A stretch of 62,215 bases of DNA. Origin: a virus. Lineage: Duplodnaviria; Caudoviricetes. Below, piece after piece: positions 41,095 through 50,526 of the stretch; the first letter of the stretch is position 1; each line of letters opens with the position of its first letter. Below the pieces are notes generated by a model. The model made no database searches and was not told the DNA's origin. It saw only the letters and a list, made by a program, of their open reading frames with translations. The translations under genes and the position numbers were made by a program. The stretch lies in IMG/VR virus record IMGVR_UViG_3300020051_001561, positions 1 through 62,215 of that record. One strand, written 5' to 3'.

Positions 41095-42179
41095 AAAAAG
41101 TAGTAGTATTAGGTGGAGGTGGATTTATTGGTGGTCATCTATCGAAAAGGTTAAAAGATGAAGGACATGAAGTCACAATTTGTGATATCAAAGAACATGA
41201 ATATTGGAATCACGATGATATCTGTGATAAATTTATAGTTGGGGACTTACGAGACCCCAATGTTGTTTCTGAAGTTATCTCAGAAGGTGTTGATGAAGTT
41301 TATCAACTTGCCGCTGATATGGGAGGTGCTGGATACATTTTTACAGGAGATAACGATGCCAACGTTATGCACAATTCGGCATTGATTAATTTGAATGTTG
41401 TTCATGAATGTACCAAGAAAAAGGTTGGTAAAGTCTTTTACTCATCATCTGCATGTATGTACCCAGAACATAATCAGTTAGACCCTGATAATCCAAACTG
41501 TGAAGAATCATCTGCATATCCCGCAAATCCCGATTCTGAATACGGTTGGGAAAAGTTATTCTCCGAGAGATTATTCTTAGCTTTCAATCGTAACTATGGT
41601 TTAGACGTAAGAATTGCTCGCTTCCATAACATCTTTGGACCTATGGGTACATGGACAGGTGGTAAAGAGAAAGCACCGGCTGCGATGTGTAGAAAAGCCG
41701 CAGAGTCACAAGATGAAATTGAAGTATGGGGTGATGGATTACAAACACGTTCATTCCTTTATGTTGATGAATGTGTAGAGGCCGTGTTAAGATTAATGGA
41801 ATCTGATTTTATCGAACCCGTCAATATAGGTTCAGAGGAAATGGTAACTATCAATGAGTTGGCACAGATGTCTATTGATATATCAGGAAAAGAGATTAAA
41901 ATTAAGAATATAGGTGGAGAGGAATTTATAGACAAATATGGATTCAGTTGCCCAACAGGAGTCAGAGGTAGAAACTCGGATAATAAACTTTATAAAGAAA
42001 AAGTAGGTTGGGAAGTATCTCAACCACTTAGAGTAGGTATGGAAAAGACGTATAATTGGATTAATGAACAAGTAGAAGAAAGTAAAAAAACGTATATCTA
42101 TGAAAGTCCTGATAAAGGAAAGACGGTATACAGAAGAGAATTTGGTGCTGACCACAATACAAGAGAACTTGTTAAATAA
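41091..42179 (+). CDS. NAD-dependent epimerase, GDP-mannose 3,5-epimerase-like
   Basis: GGGGFIG, LAADMGGAGYI, SSACMYP, YGWEK, EKAPAAMCRK, GVRGRNSDN. Confidence 0.88.
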   Translation: MKKVVVLGGGGFIGGHLSKRLKDEGHEVTICDIKEHEYWNHDDICDKFIVGDLRDPNVVSEVISEGVDEVYQLAADMGGAGYIFTGDNDANVMHNSALINLNVVHECTKKKVGKVFYSSSACMYPEHNQLDPDNPNCEESSAYPANPDSEYGWEKLFSERLFLAFNRNYGLDVRIARFHNIFGPMGTWTGGKEKAPAAMCRKAAESQDEIEVWGDGLQTRSFLYVDECVEAVLRLMESDFIEPVNIGSEEMVTINELAQMSIDISGKEIKIKNIGGEEFIDKYGFSCPTGVRGRNSDNKLYKEKVGWEVSQPLRVGMEKTYNWINEQVEESKKTYIYESPDKGKTVYRREFGADHNTRELVK

Positions 42180-42193
42180 CTTTTAAGAAAAAT

Positions 42194-42907
42194 TTGATGG
42201 CTACGAAAGGTAGAAAAAGTGATTTCAACCCAAAGAAATCAAGAAAAGAAATAATCAGGGAAATAGTTGGGAGGACCCCAAGAAAGAAGTTTCTTTCTGA
42301 AAGTCAAAAAGAATATTATGATATTCTAACAAACAATGAAATAACGATTTGTACGGGACCTGCGGGTGTCGGTAAATCATATGTGGCAATGAGTGCTGCA
42401 GTTCAACTGTTACTCGATGATAGTAACTCTTATGAGAAAATTATCATTGTAAGACCAGCAGTTGAAGCTGAAGAAAAACTCGGAGCATTACCAGGTAACT
42501 TAGAAGAAAAATTGGACCCATACATTTTTCCATCATATTATCTGTTAAATAAAATTATTGGGAAAGAGTCCAGAGAAAAACTGAAAGAACATGATGTGAT
42601 TGAAGTATTTGCTTTGGCGTATATGAGAGGGATGAATATTGATAACTCAATATTAATTTTTGAGGAAGCTCAAAATTCAACACCCTCACAAATGAAACTA
42701 TTGTTGACTAGAATCGGATTCAACTCTAAGTTCTTTATATCGGGTGACATTGAACAGACTGACCGTTATAAAGACAAGACACAATCAGGTTTATATGATG
42801 CAATGAGTAAATTCACTGATTTGGATGAGGTTGGTACTTATGACTTCAAAAATGAAGATATAATTAGAAACCCTATTATCAGTAAAATATTAAAGAAATA
42901 CGAATGA
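42194..42907 (+). CDS. phoH: PhoH-like ATPase
   Basis: GPAGVGKS, RPAVE, LGALPG, AYMRG, EEAQN, LTRIG, GDIEQTD. Confidence 0.93.
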   Translation: MMATKGRKSDFNPKKSRKEIIREIVGRTPRKKFLSESQKEYYDILTNNEITICTGPAGVGKSYVAMSAAVQLLLDDSNSYEKIIIVRPAVEAEEKLGALPGNLEEKLDPYIFPSYYLLNKIIGKESREKLKEHDVIEVFALAYMRGMNIDNSILIFEEAQNSTPSQMKLLLTRIGFNSKFFISGDIEQTDRYKDKTQSGLYDAMSKFTDLDEVGTYDFKNEDIIRNPIISKILKKYE

Positions 42908-43503
42908 AAATAGCATTTGAAGTTAATGGTGTATTGAGAAATACTTTTGGTAAGGCTGAAGAGGTTTACCAAAAGTTTTTCATTGATGACTATGTACAAG
43001 GTGATGATGAGGAAGATTTTGAGTTCAAACTTAATCTTCCAATCACATCAACGACATTGAGTAATCATTTTGTTTTCCCTGATGAGGAAAGACTAATGGA
43101 ATTCTTTTACGTGGATTTCCCTATGAACATTTTTGGTCACTCACAGTCAACAGAAAACTCAACATTCCATGACTTAAATGACATATACAAAGATTTGAGA
43201 GACGACCATGAGTTGGTTATAGTATCTAATGAGATTGAAAAGTCTAAACCCGCAACACTGTTCTTCTTATCTAAGTTTGGATGTATGTTTGAAAAGATAA
43301 TCTTTTATAATCAATTTACTGAGGAAGATATTCTTTCTGATTTTGATTTAATTATCTCGGCACAACCTCAGATTTTAGAAAAAGATTATAACTATAAAAC
43401 CGTAAAATATAAAACCACATATAATGAAGAAGTCTCTTCTGATTTCGAAATAGAAACCTTAAAAGAATTCAAAGATTTATATGAAAAACTTAATTTGAAA
43501 TGA
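42904..43503 (+). CDS. HAD-like (5'-nucleotidase-type) fold, degenerate motif I
   Basis: KIAFEVNGVLR in place of DxDGVL. Confidence 0.5.
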   Translation: MKIAFEVNGVLRNTFGKAEEVYQKFFIDDYVQGDDEEDFEFKLNLPITSTTLSNHFVFPDEERLMEFFYVDFPMNIFGHSQSTENSTFHDLNDIYKDLRDDHELVIVSNEIEKSKPATLFFLSKFGCMFEKIIFYNQFTEEDILSDFDLIISAQPQILEKDYNYKTVKYKTTYNEEVSSDFEIETLKEFKDLYEKLNLK

Positions 43504-43784
43504 TAGAATTTTTAGGACAAATGTATTACATCGATATGGATGTACTTGAAAACTTTGTGGAGTTAAAGGACTTCAAACCATCCTCAGAAGAAGATAAAGA
43601 CCACCAACATTTTTCAATCATTAAATTTGAACTTATAAAGATGATGATTGAAGTCGTATTAACTGAGAGACTTGAAGATATGGATGATAATTTAGGATTA
43701 CATAATGCTAAAAGTACAAGTATTCCCTTTCGTATCGCATTTAATACATTATTAAGACATAACATTATTAAATATTTTGACTAA
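43500..43784 (+). CDS. Hypothetical protein
   Basis: ATGA and TAATG coupling on both sides. Confidence 0.65.
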   Translation: MIEFLGQMYYIDMDVLENFVELKDFKPSSEEDKDHQHFSIIKFELIKMMIEVVLTERLEDMDDNLGLHNAKSTSIPFRIAFNTLLRHNIIKYFD

Positions 43785-44851
43785 TGGACCAAGATACAAT
43801 TAAAAAAGTAGAACTTTCAATACAGAAATTGGAAGAAAAAACATCGAGAATTTACCTTATGGTGCAAGACACTAAAGGTAACGCAAAAGCCGGTATCCGT
43901 TTGGTTTACCAAATGGCATTAACCTTGAAAAATAACGGATACAACCCAATCATCCTACACGAATCAAATGATTATACTGGTGTTGGTGAATGGATGGGTG
44001 AAGAATATATGGAATTACCTCATCAATCGATTGAAGGTCAAAACCTACAAATCTCACCTGAAGACTTTGTTATCGTTCCTGAATTATACGGGCACGTAAT
44101 GGAACAAATCAAAAATTTACCTTGTGGTAAAATTGTTTTGTGTCAAGCATATGACTACATGTTGGAGACCATTCAACCAGGTATGAATTGGGCTATGAAC
44201 GGTTTCTTAAAAGGTATCACCACAAATGAAGCACAGAAGACGTTCATTGACGGAATTATGAAGAATACATCATTAGATGTTATCACACCATTAATTCCTG
44301 AAATCTTCACTAAGAAATCTATCCCCGCAAAACCAATAATTGCAGTTCATACTCGTGACCAAAGAGACACGATGAAAATCATTAAGTCTTTTTATTTGAA
44401 ATACCCACAATTTAGATGGGTTACCTTCCGTGATATGAGAGGTTTATCACAAGAAGAGTTTGTAACTAACTTACAAGAGTCATTCGTATCTGTATGGGTT
44501 GACGACATCAGTGGTTTCGGAACATACCCACTCGAAAGTATGGCATGTGGAACACCTGTAATCGGTAAAGTTCCAAATATGAAACCTGAATGGATGTCAG
44601 ACACAAATGGTGTTTGGACATACGAACTTAACAATATGGTGGATGTCATCGCTGAGTATACTCAGAATTGGTTAGAAGATAATATTTCAGACCAACTATA
44701 TAACTCAGGAATTGAGACAGCATCTTCATACCAAAACAAAGAAGAATTTGATTCTCAAGTGGTTTCAACATTTGACACTTACTTGTCAGTTCGTTTAGAG
44801 AACTTTAAGACTCAGTTAGAGAGATTAACAGTAACAGAAGAAACAGAATAA
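43784..44851 (+). CDS. GT-B (GT4-like) glycosyltransferase
   Basis: DFVIVPE, GFGTYPLESMACGTPVIG. Confidence 0.75.
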   Translation: MDQDTIKKVELSIQKLEEKTSRIYLMVQDTKGNAKAGIRLVYQMALTLKNNGYNPIILHESNDYTGVGEWMGEEYMELPHQSIEGQNLQISPEDFVIVPELYGHVMEQIKNLPCGKIVLCQAYDYMLETIQPGMNWAMNGFLKGITTNEAQKTFIDGIMKNTSLDVITPLIPEIFTKKSIPAKPIIAVHTRDQRDTMKIIKSFYLKYPQFRWVTFRDMRGLSQEEFVTNLQESFVSVWVDDISGFGTYPLESMACGTPVIGKVPNMKPEWMSDTNGVWTYELNNMVDVIAEYTQNWLEDNISDQLYNSGIETASSYQNKEEFDSQVVSTFDTYLSVRLENFKTQLERLTVTEETE

Positions 44852-44853
44852 TT

Positions 44854-45651
44854 ATGAAAGATATTTCAGTAATTCTCCCAGTAGAGAGTTCAAAACACAA
44901 GAATTTTAATGAGTTATTTACTAACTCAATCGTATCAATCAAAAATCAATCAGTTCAACCTAAGGAGTTGGTTTTGGTACACACCAATGAAGAATCTTTA
45001 GTTTCATACCTAAATGACTTTGACTTCAGTGGTTTGACTGTGAATATGGTTGAAAATAAAGGTAACTCAGATTTCGCATCTCAAATGAATTTAGGTGTCG
45101 AAAACGCGACATCTGAATGGGTTTCTTTCTTAGAGTTTGATGATGAATATGCATCTATTTGGTTTAAGAACGTACAAGAATACATTACTGCACATCCTGA
45201 AGTAAAAGCATTCTTATCGTTGGTTGTAGATGTTGACGATAAAGGTACGTTTGCTGGATTCACAAATGAAGCGACATTTGCGGCATCTATGAACACTGAG
45301 ATTGGTTACTTAACTAATGAAGTATTGTTAGATTATCAAAACTTCCAAACTGCAGGTATGGTAGTAAGAAAAGACACATACCAAGAATTAGGTGGTTTCA
45401 AACCATCAATTAAACTAACATTCGTTTATGAATTCTTACTTCGTTTGACTTACAATTCTACAAAGATAATGACTATCCCACGTATTGGTTACAAACACCT
45501 TAATATGAGAGAAGGTTCAATCTTCTGGAGTTATAAGAATGGTGAACAGAAAGTAACTGAGGACGAAGTTAGATTTTGGTTAGAATCTGCAAAAAAAGAA
45601 CATTTCTTCACTGAAGACAGAAATATAAAGTATGAACCTGAAAATGTTTAA
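44854..45651 (+). CDS. GT2-family glycosyltransferase
   Basis: ISVILPV, NLGVENATSEWVSFLEFDD, ELGGF. Confidence 0.8.
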   Translation: MKDISVILPVESSKHKNFNELFTNSIVSIKNQSVQPKELVLVHTNEESLVSYLNDFDFSGLTVNMVENKGNSDFASQMNLGVENATSEWVSFLEFDDEYASIWFKNVQEYITAHPEVKAFLSLVVDVDDKGTFAGFTNEATFAASMNTEIGYLTNEVLLDYQNFQTAGMVVRKDTYQELGGFKPSIKLTFVYEFLLRLTYNSTKIMTIPRIGYKHLNMREGSIFWSYKNGEQKVTEDEVRFWLESAKKEHFFTEDRNIKYEPENV

Positions 45652-46406
45652 TGACTACATCAGGAAATACAAATTCTCCGGAACCTACCCCTACAAAAAA
45701 GAGGGGTAGGAAACCGAAGACTAACACTAACTATTTCGCCGAAAGGGAAGAAAATGCAGTTAGAATGTTTCTTACTGCCAGTACTTTCAATGAGAAGAAT
45801 GAAATTTATAATGAATATCTAAAAGCTCCATTAGATAAGATGATTGAGTCCATTATCAGAAGATATAAGTTATATCGTAAAGGAATGGAATTTAATGATA
45901 TTCATGTAGATACCCACTCATTCTTAATCACAAAAGTTGACAAGTTCAAGCCAGCGAAAGGTAAAAAAGCATACTCGTATTTTGGTACGATATGTAAAAA
46001 CTATTTAATGGGTCAAATCATTAAAGACCAAAAAGACCAAAATAGAAAAATTTCATACGAAGACATATCCTCTTCTTTAGAAAATAGACCTGACTTAATC
46101 TACCATTTAGAACATGATAAGGTAGAACCAAATCAGGTTATTAAACATTTCCTAAAAGAAATGGAAGAGTTCATGGAAAAAAGTAATCTCAATAAAAATG
46201 AGGTTAAGTTAGGATACGCACTTATGGAGTTATTCGAAAACTATGAGACTATTTTTATTGGTACTGACAATAACAAATTCAATAAGAATATTATACTTCT
46301 TTCATTGAGAGAAATGACAAATATGTCAACAAAAGAAATTAGAACTTCAATGAAGAAATATAAGGTTTTATATTACGAATTAGTTAAAAAAATCAATAAT
46401 CTATAA
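45651..46406 (+). CDS. Phage sigma factor, T4 gp55-like (probable late sigma)
   Basis: Region-2-like KVDKFKPAKGKKAYSYFGTICKNYL; N-terminal NYF..E; 251 aa. Confidence 0.65.
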   Translation: MTTSGNTNSPEPTPTKKRGRKPKTNTNYFAEREENAVRMFLTASTFNEKNEIYNEYLKAPLDKMIESIIRRYKLYRKGMEFNDIHVDTHSFLITKVDKFKPAKGKKAYSYFGTICKNYLMGQIIKDQKDQNRKISYEDISSSLENRPDLIYHLEHDKVEPNQVIKHFLKEMEEFMEKSNLNKNEVKLGYALMELFENYETIFIGTDNNKFNKNIILLSLREMTNMSTKEIRTSMKKYKVLYYELVKKINNL

Positions 46407-46433
46407 AATTTACTCCAAAGATATTTATAATTA

Positions 46434-46811
46434 ATGGGACGCCCAAAGAAAAAAGAAATATCATTAAATAAAGATTCTGTACTGAGTCTGATGCAGGAAA
46501 TCTACAATGAACTTGTGGAACAGAGAGCAACTGCCGTAAGAATCCAAAATAAGATGTTGGCAATGTTGAAAGACCCTAAAGACATGACAGTCATAGGTCC
46601 AGTAATCAAAGAACAACAAAAGATTATTAATGATACCATCGAAAAGAAATTATCTCTTTCGAAATTACAATCAACAATTTGGGAAAAGTCTAACAACACT
46701 TCAGAGGAATCTTTCAATATTACAGATATGGATGATGATGTCCTCTCAGCACTTATTGAAAAAGATTCTGATACAAGTAAAGGAAACTCTGAAGGGTATA
46801 AATTAGAATAA
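46434..46811 (+). CDS. Hypothetical coiled-coil late protein
   Basis: TATTTATA 4 nt upstream; first gene of the baseplate operon. Confidence 0.6.
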   Translation: MGRPKKKEISLNKDSVLSLMQEIYNELVEQRATAVRIQNKMLAMLKDPKDMTVIGPVIKEQQKIINDTIEKKLSLSKLQSTIWEKSNNTSEESFNITDMDDDVLSALIEKDSDTSKGNSEGYKLE

Positions 46812-46823
46812 TACAATACTCCA

Positions 46824-48767
46824 ATGGGTTTAGATTTGAACAATGATTACGATAGTGTAAAATCCAAAATTAAGGCTTATCAAACAACTGTTGAGAGTAA
46901 AAAGGATTTTCTTACCTCCATCAAAAATAATTCTGGTGACAACTTCGAACAGGCTAAAAAATCACATTTTAGTAACTTAAACGAATGGGGTCAAACTATT
47001 GACGGTGCAAACGCCGATAGAAAAAAACAACTACAAGATACTGCTAAGACTCAATTGGACCAATTGATTGAAATCTTCATGGTTTCATCATCAGTAGCGG
47101 GTGATTCAAAAACATTAGATAAATTATTTGACATTTATAATCAAACAATCCTAAATACTCGTGATAGAATTAAGGATATGTTTATTAAAGAAATTATTAA
47201 ATCAGCCGGTTGTTCAGAAGAACAACAATTCACAACGTCTCCTTTATACATCAAAGTACAATCTATTGATTTATATAAGAAGTTATATGAAGACCCAAAC
47301 TCCGCAACGGGTAGTCTTCTTTACGAAAATGATGATACACCTAATGGTGGGTTTCCTTACGCAATGAATAGACAATTATATAATCGTCTACAAAACAAAG
47401 GTTTTTCCTTCTCACAAGAATATGGTTCAGATTATATCGGAGCATCTGTAAATCCGATTATGGACTTAGAATATGTGGACCAAGACGATAACGGTAATTT
47501 TGGAGACTATATTAAAGTAACACCTAAAAATAAAAATTTAAGTGTTGGTAGTATAACTCAATTCTTATACGATTATTACAGTTCTATAAATCTTATAGAT
47601 ATTGATGAATTAATCACAATAATAATGGATAACTTAACTAAAGCGGTTACCATGGATTTGAATGTCGATATAAACTTCGACAGAGAACAATTAAAGATTG
47701 AAAAACTTCTACAACGTATCTTAGGTCTTTGTTTTGATAATGGTAAAGAAATAGATGTTTCAGGTATTGCTAAACTTTCTGTGTTGGATAATATAGACGA
47801 ATCGTTTTTTGAACTAACATCAAATGATTTGAGAACCATTGAAAATGATTTAGATAATATTCAAAAAGGAGTCACTGAGTTTACCGATTGTGATAATGTA
47901 AAATTACCAGTTAATACTGAAGCCATTATCAATCAAATCAAAAACATTAGAAACGAAGATAATGACACCAAAAAATTGGAAGCCTTCAAAGGGGCTATCG
48001 ATAGTTTAGCCGACAATGAGGAATGGAAATCAATTATTCCAAATATTAATATTAATGGTTCAATAAAATTTGATTTATTGGGAATTATCCCAAAAGGTAT
48101 AATGCAAGCACTACTATCACCTAAGAACGTATTAGGTATTATGGTGGTATTCAAAGCGGTTCAAAACTTCATCGTAGACCAAATTGAAACTTTGGAAGAC
48201 TTCTTTAATGAGTTCAAAGATTTAGTTATCGAAGTGATGAGTAAAATTGGAGCGATATTCGTAGAGGAATTATTCAGAGAAATTGAAAAAAACCTCACAA
48301 TCTTAGTTCGTCTAATCATTGAAGAAATCGCCATTGAAAGTAAGGAAAACTACTCAAAGATGATTTTCACAATTATTAATTACGCAATATTAGTCGCCGA
48401 TGGGTTAAAAGATTGGAGACAATGTAAAAATGTTGTTGATGATTTACTAAAATTATTACAATTTACAGGTAATGTATTAGGTATTGGATTACCTGCGTTT
48501 AGTTTATCACTAGCGAGGTTATTACCAGGACAATCACAAACACGAGCATTTTCAAATTATATTGAAGAATTACAAAAATCAGGAATACCAACTGGTGACT
48601 TACCTGATGGCTCGCCTAACTTAATGTTACAGAGTGCGTTATCTATGATTGAAGGTCAACATAAAGAAATGGTTGAAAATGGTAAGGTTGAAGTGGCAAT
48701 TGACCCATTATCAGTTATAGGTGGTGCAACCACTGGTGTTGTTAAAGCTTATGGTAAATCATATTAA
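46824..48767 (+). CDS. Hypothetical helical structural protein (baseplate operon)
   Basis: 647 aa ORF in an operon with the spike gene. Confidence 0.6.
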   Translation: MGLDLNNDYDSVKSKIKAYQTTVESKKDFLTSIKNNSGDNFEQAKKSHFSNLNEWGQTIDGANADRKKQLQDTAKTQLDQLIEIFMVSSSVAGDSKTLDKLFDIYNQTILNTRDRIKDMFIKEIIKSAGCSEEQQFTTSPLYIKVQSIDLYKKLYEDPNSATGSLLYENDDTPNGGFPYAMNRQLYNRLQNKGFSFSQEYGSDYIGASVNPIMDLEYVDQDDNGNFGDYIKVTPKNKNLSVGSITQFLYDYYSSINLIDIDELITIIMDNLTKAVTMDLNVDINFDREQLKIEKLLQRILGLCFDNGKEIDVSGIAKLSVLDNIDESFFELTSNDLRTIENDLDNIQKGVTEFTDCDNVKLPVNTEAIINQIKNIRNEDNDTKKLEAFKGAIDSLADNEEWKSIIPNININGSIKFDLLGIIPKGIMQALLSPKNVLGIMVVFKAVQNFIVDQIETLEDFFNEFKDLVIEVMSKIGAIFVEELFREIEKNLTILVRLIIEEIAIESKENYSKMIFTIINYAILVADGLKDWRQCKNVVDDLLKLLQFTGNVLGIGLPAFSLSLARLLPGQSQTRAFSNYIEELQKSGIPTGDLPDGSPNLMLQSALSMIEGQHKEMVENGKVEVAIDPLSVIGGATTGVVKAYGKSY

Positions 48768-48768
48768 T

Positions 48769-48969
48769 ATGGACGAGAATACATTAAAAAATATTATTTC
48801 AGATTATAAAAACCGTAGTAATAACGAGTTAAAAATAGCCCTATCTGAATTGTCAAAAGATTTTGAAGAAACCAAAGGTTTGATGATTAAATTATCACAC
48901 CATTTAGACGGTACTGAAAAAATATACAATGACATATTAAAAGAATATAAAAACAGAGGTAATAAATAA
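48769..48969 (+). CDS. Small coiled-coil protein (ATG start likely at 48769)
   Basis: MDENTLKNIISDYKNRSNNELK...; coupled to the spike gene by TAATG. Confidence 0.6.
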   Translation: MDENTLKNIISDYKNRSNNELKIALSELSKDFEETKGLMIKLSHHLDGTEKIYNDILKEYKNRGNK

Positions 48970-50504
48970 TGGCAATTCCTGGAACGGTTGATATAGGTGG
49001 AAATGGTAAATTACCATTTAATTATAGACAGATTATCTATCAGGGTAGAGTGGTGGATAATGAAGACCCTTTTATGCTTGGTAGAGTCAGAGTTTATCCT
49101 GAGGACCAAAACATTCAAGACCGATTAGGTTCCATACCTAATTTCAATGAAGGTAGTGACAAATGGAGTGAGAAAGACCCTTTTGTATTTTTACCATTAT
49201 TACCGTATTTCATCTATCAGGTACCTAAAGTTGATGAATATGTTCACATTCTTTACACCAATCCTAACGATAAGACTAACAAAGGTCAGTATTATGTACA
49301 AGGTCCATTCTCATCACCCACATCGATTGTAAAAGAAAACAACGAATCTGCCAAATCGTTTTTAAGTTCAGGTATTAGAAATAAGAGATATCAACCAATT
49401 AAAAATAAAGACGGTGAAGTATCAAATCCTCAGACTTATGGTGTATATCCTGAACCTGAAGATGTTGCCATTTTAGGTAGGAATAATTCTGATATGATTC
49501 TGAAAGACGGTGAGGTTCTTATTCGTGCAGGTAAACACGGTAATTTTAATAGAACACAAATCCCCGTGGCTAAAACAAATAGGGCTTTTATTCAATTAAG
49601 TAAGTACGATACGTTAGAACAATATGCCAGTCCATCCACTAAATTCACAATTAGAAAACTGGATGAACAAACCAAAAAACTTATTGAGTTTGAAGTATTC
49701 AACCCTGAAAATCAGTTTAGCTCGTTCACAGGACAGATAATTCTTTATAACTTAGTACCTGATGATGTGTCGGGAACTACCATGGCAACATCTATAACCA
49801 ATAATACTGACTTATCGGAGTTCAAAAGAATTCAATATATTGAACAATTTAATGCCCTTAGCATGCCTGAAGTGGCAATCAAAATTAATAAGTTTATTAA
49901 AAGTGTTATGAAAGGTAGAATGGAGTCCGGTATGGTCATCAATAATCAATTCCCATTTTACTATCGTGCAAACAAACAAAATAGGGACAATGGTGACCCC
50001 GTTTCTTTTGCTAACCTAACACTTTTATATAGTTTAATTAAGCCTAGTGAATTTATTAATAATTTGAGAGGTTTCGGATTAATTTATGATAAGACGGGTA
50101 AAAACAATGTTCCGACTAAAGTTGAAAAGGAACAGTTCCGTCCTAAGAGGATTCTAAACCAAGAAAATACTGTGGGTATTGTGGGTGCAAATCAATTATA
50201 TCTTTTATCTCACGATGCTAATAACCCAGCCAAGGCTAAAATTAACTTAAAGGACACCATATATGGTATTGACCAATCAACGGTGGTTAATGAAATACAA
50301 CCAAAAACATCCTCAGTTGTTAGAGGTGAAGAACTTATGACATTAATTGAATTGATTGTAAGATATTTGGTTACTCACGTTCATCCATATCCTGGGTTAC
50401 CACCAGTACCTGTAAGTTCTGATGGAACGCGTGTTGAAGATTTATTAAAAGAGTTACTTGAAGCAAGTTCTAAGATATTAAATAAAAATATTCGTATAAA
50501 CTAA
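48969..50504 (+). CDS. Baseplate central spike (gp5/VgrG-like OB-fold)
   Basis: GRVVDNEDPFMLGRVRV...PLLP...VPKVDEYV; ILGRNNSDMIL; C-terminal HVHPYPG metal-binding tip. Confidence 0.75.
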   Translation: MAIPGTVDIGGNGKLPFNYRQIIYQGRVVDNEDPFMLGRVRVYPEDQNIQDRLGSIPNFNEGSDKWSEKDPFVFLPLLPYFIYQVPKVDEYVHILYTNPNDKTNKGQYYVQGPFSSPTSIVKENNESAKSFLSSGIRNKRYQPIKNKDGEVSNPQTYGVYPEPEDVAILGRNNSDMILKDGEVLIRAGKHGNFNRTQIPVAKTNRAFIQLSKYDTLEQYASPSTKFTIRKLDEQTKKLIEFEVFNPENQFSSFTGQIILYNLVPDDVSGTTMATSITNNTDLSEFKRIQYIEQFNALSMPEVAIKINKFIKSVMKGRMESGMVINNQFPFYYRANKQNRDNGDPVSFANLTLLYSLIKPSEFINNLRGFGLIYDKTGKNNVPTKVEKEQFRPKRILNQENTVGIVGANQLYLLSHDANNPAKAKINLKDTIYGIDQSTVVNEIQPKTSSVVRGEELMTLIELIVRYLVTHVHPYPGLPPVPVSSDGTRVEDLLKELLEASSKILNKNIRIN

Positions 50505-50526
50505 GTATTTATAGTAAAAACGAATA

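Noticed and set aside
46434-46811. Small terminase subunit call
   Set aside because: Size and coiled coil fit, but there is no diagnostic motif and no large terminase nearby
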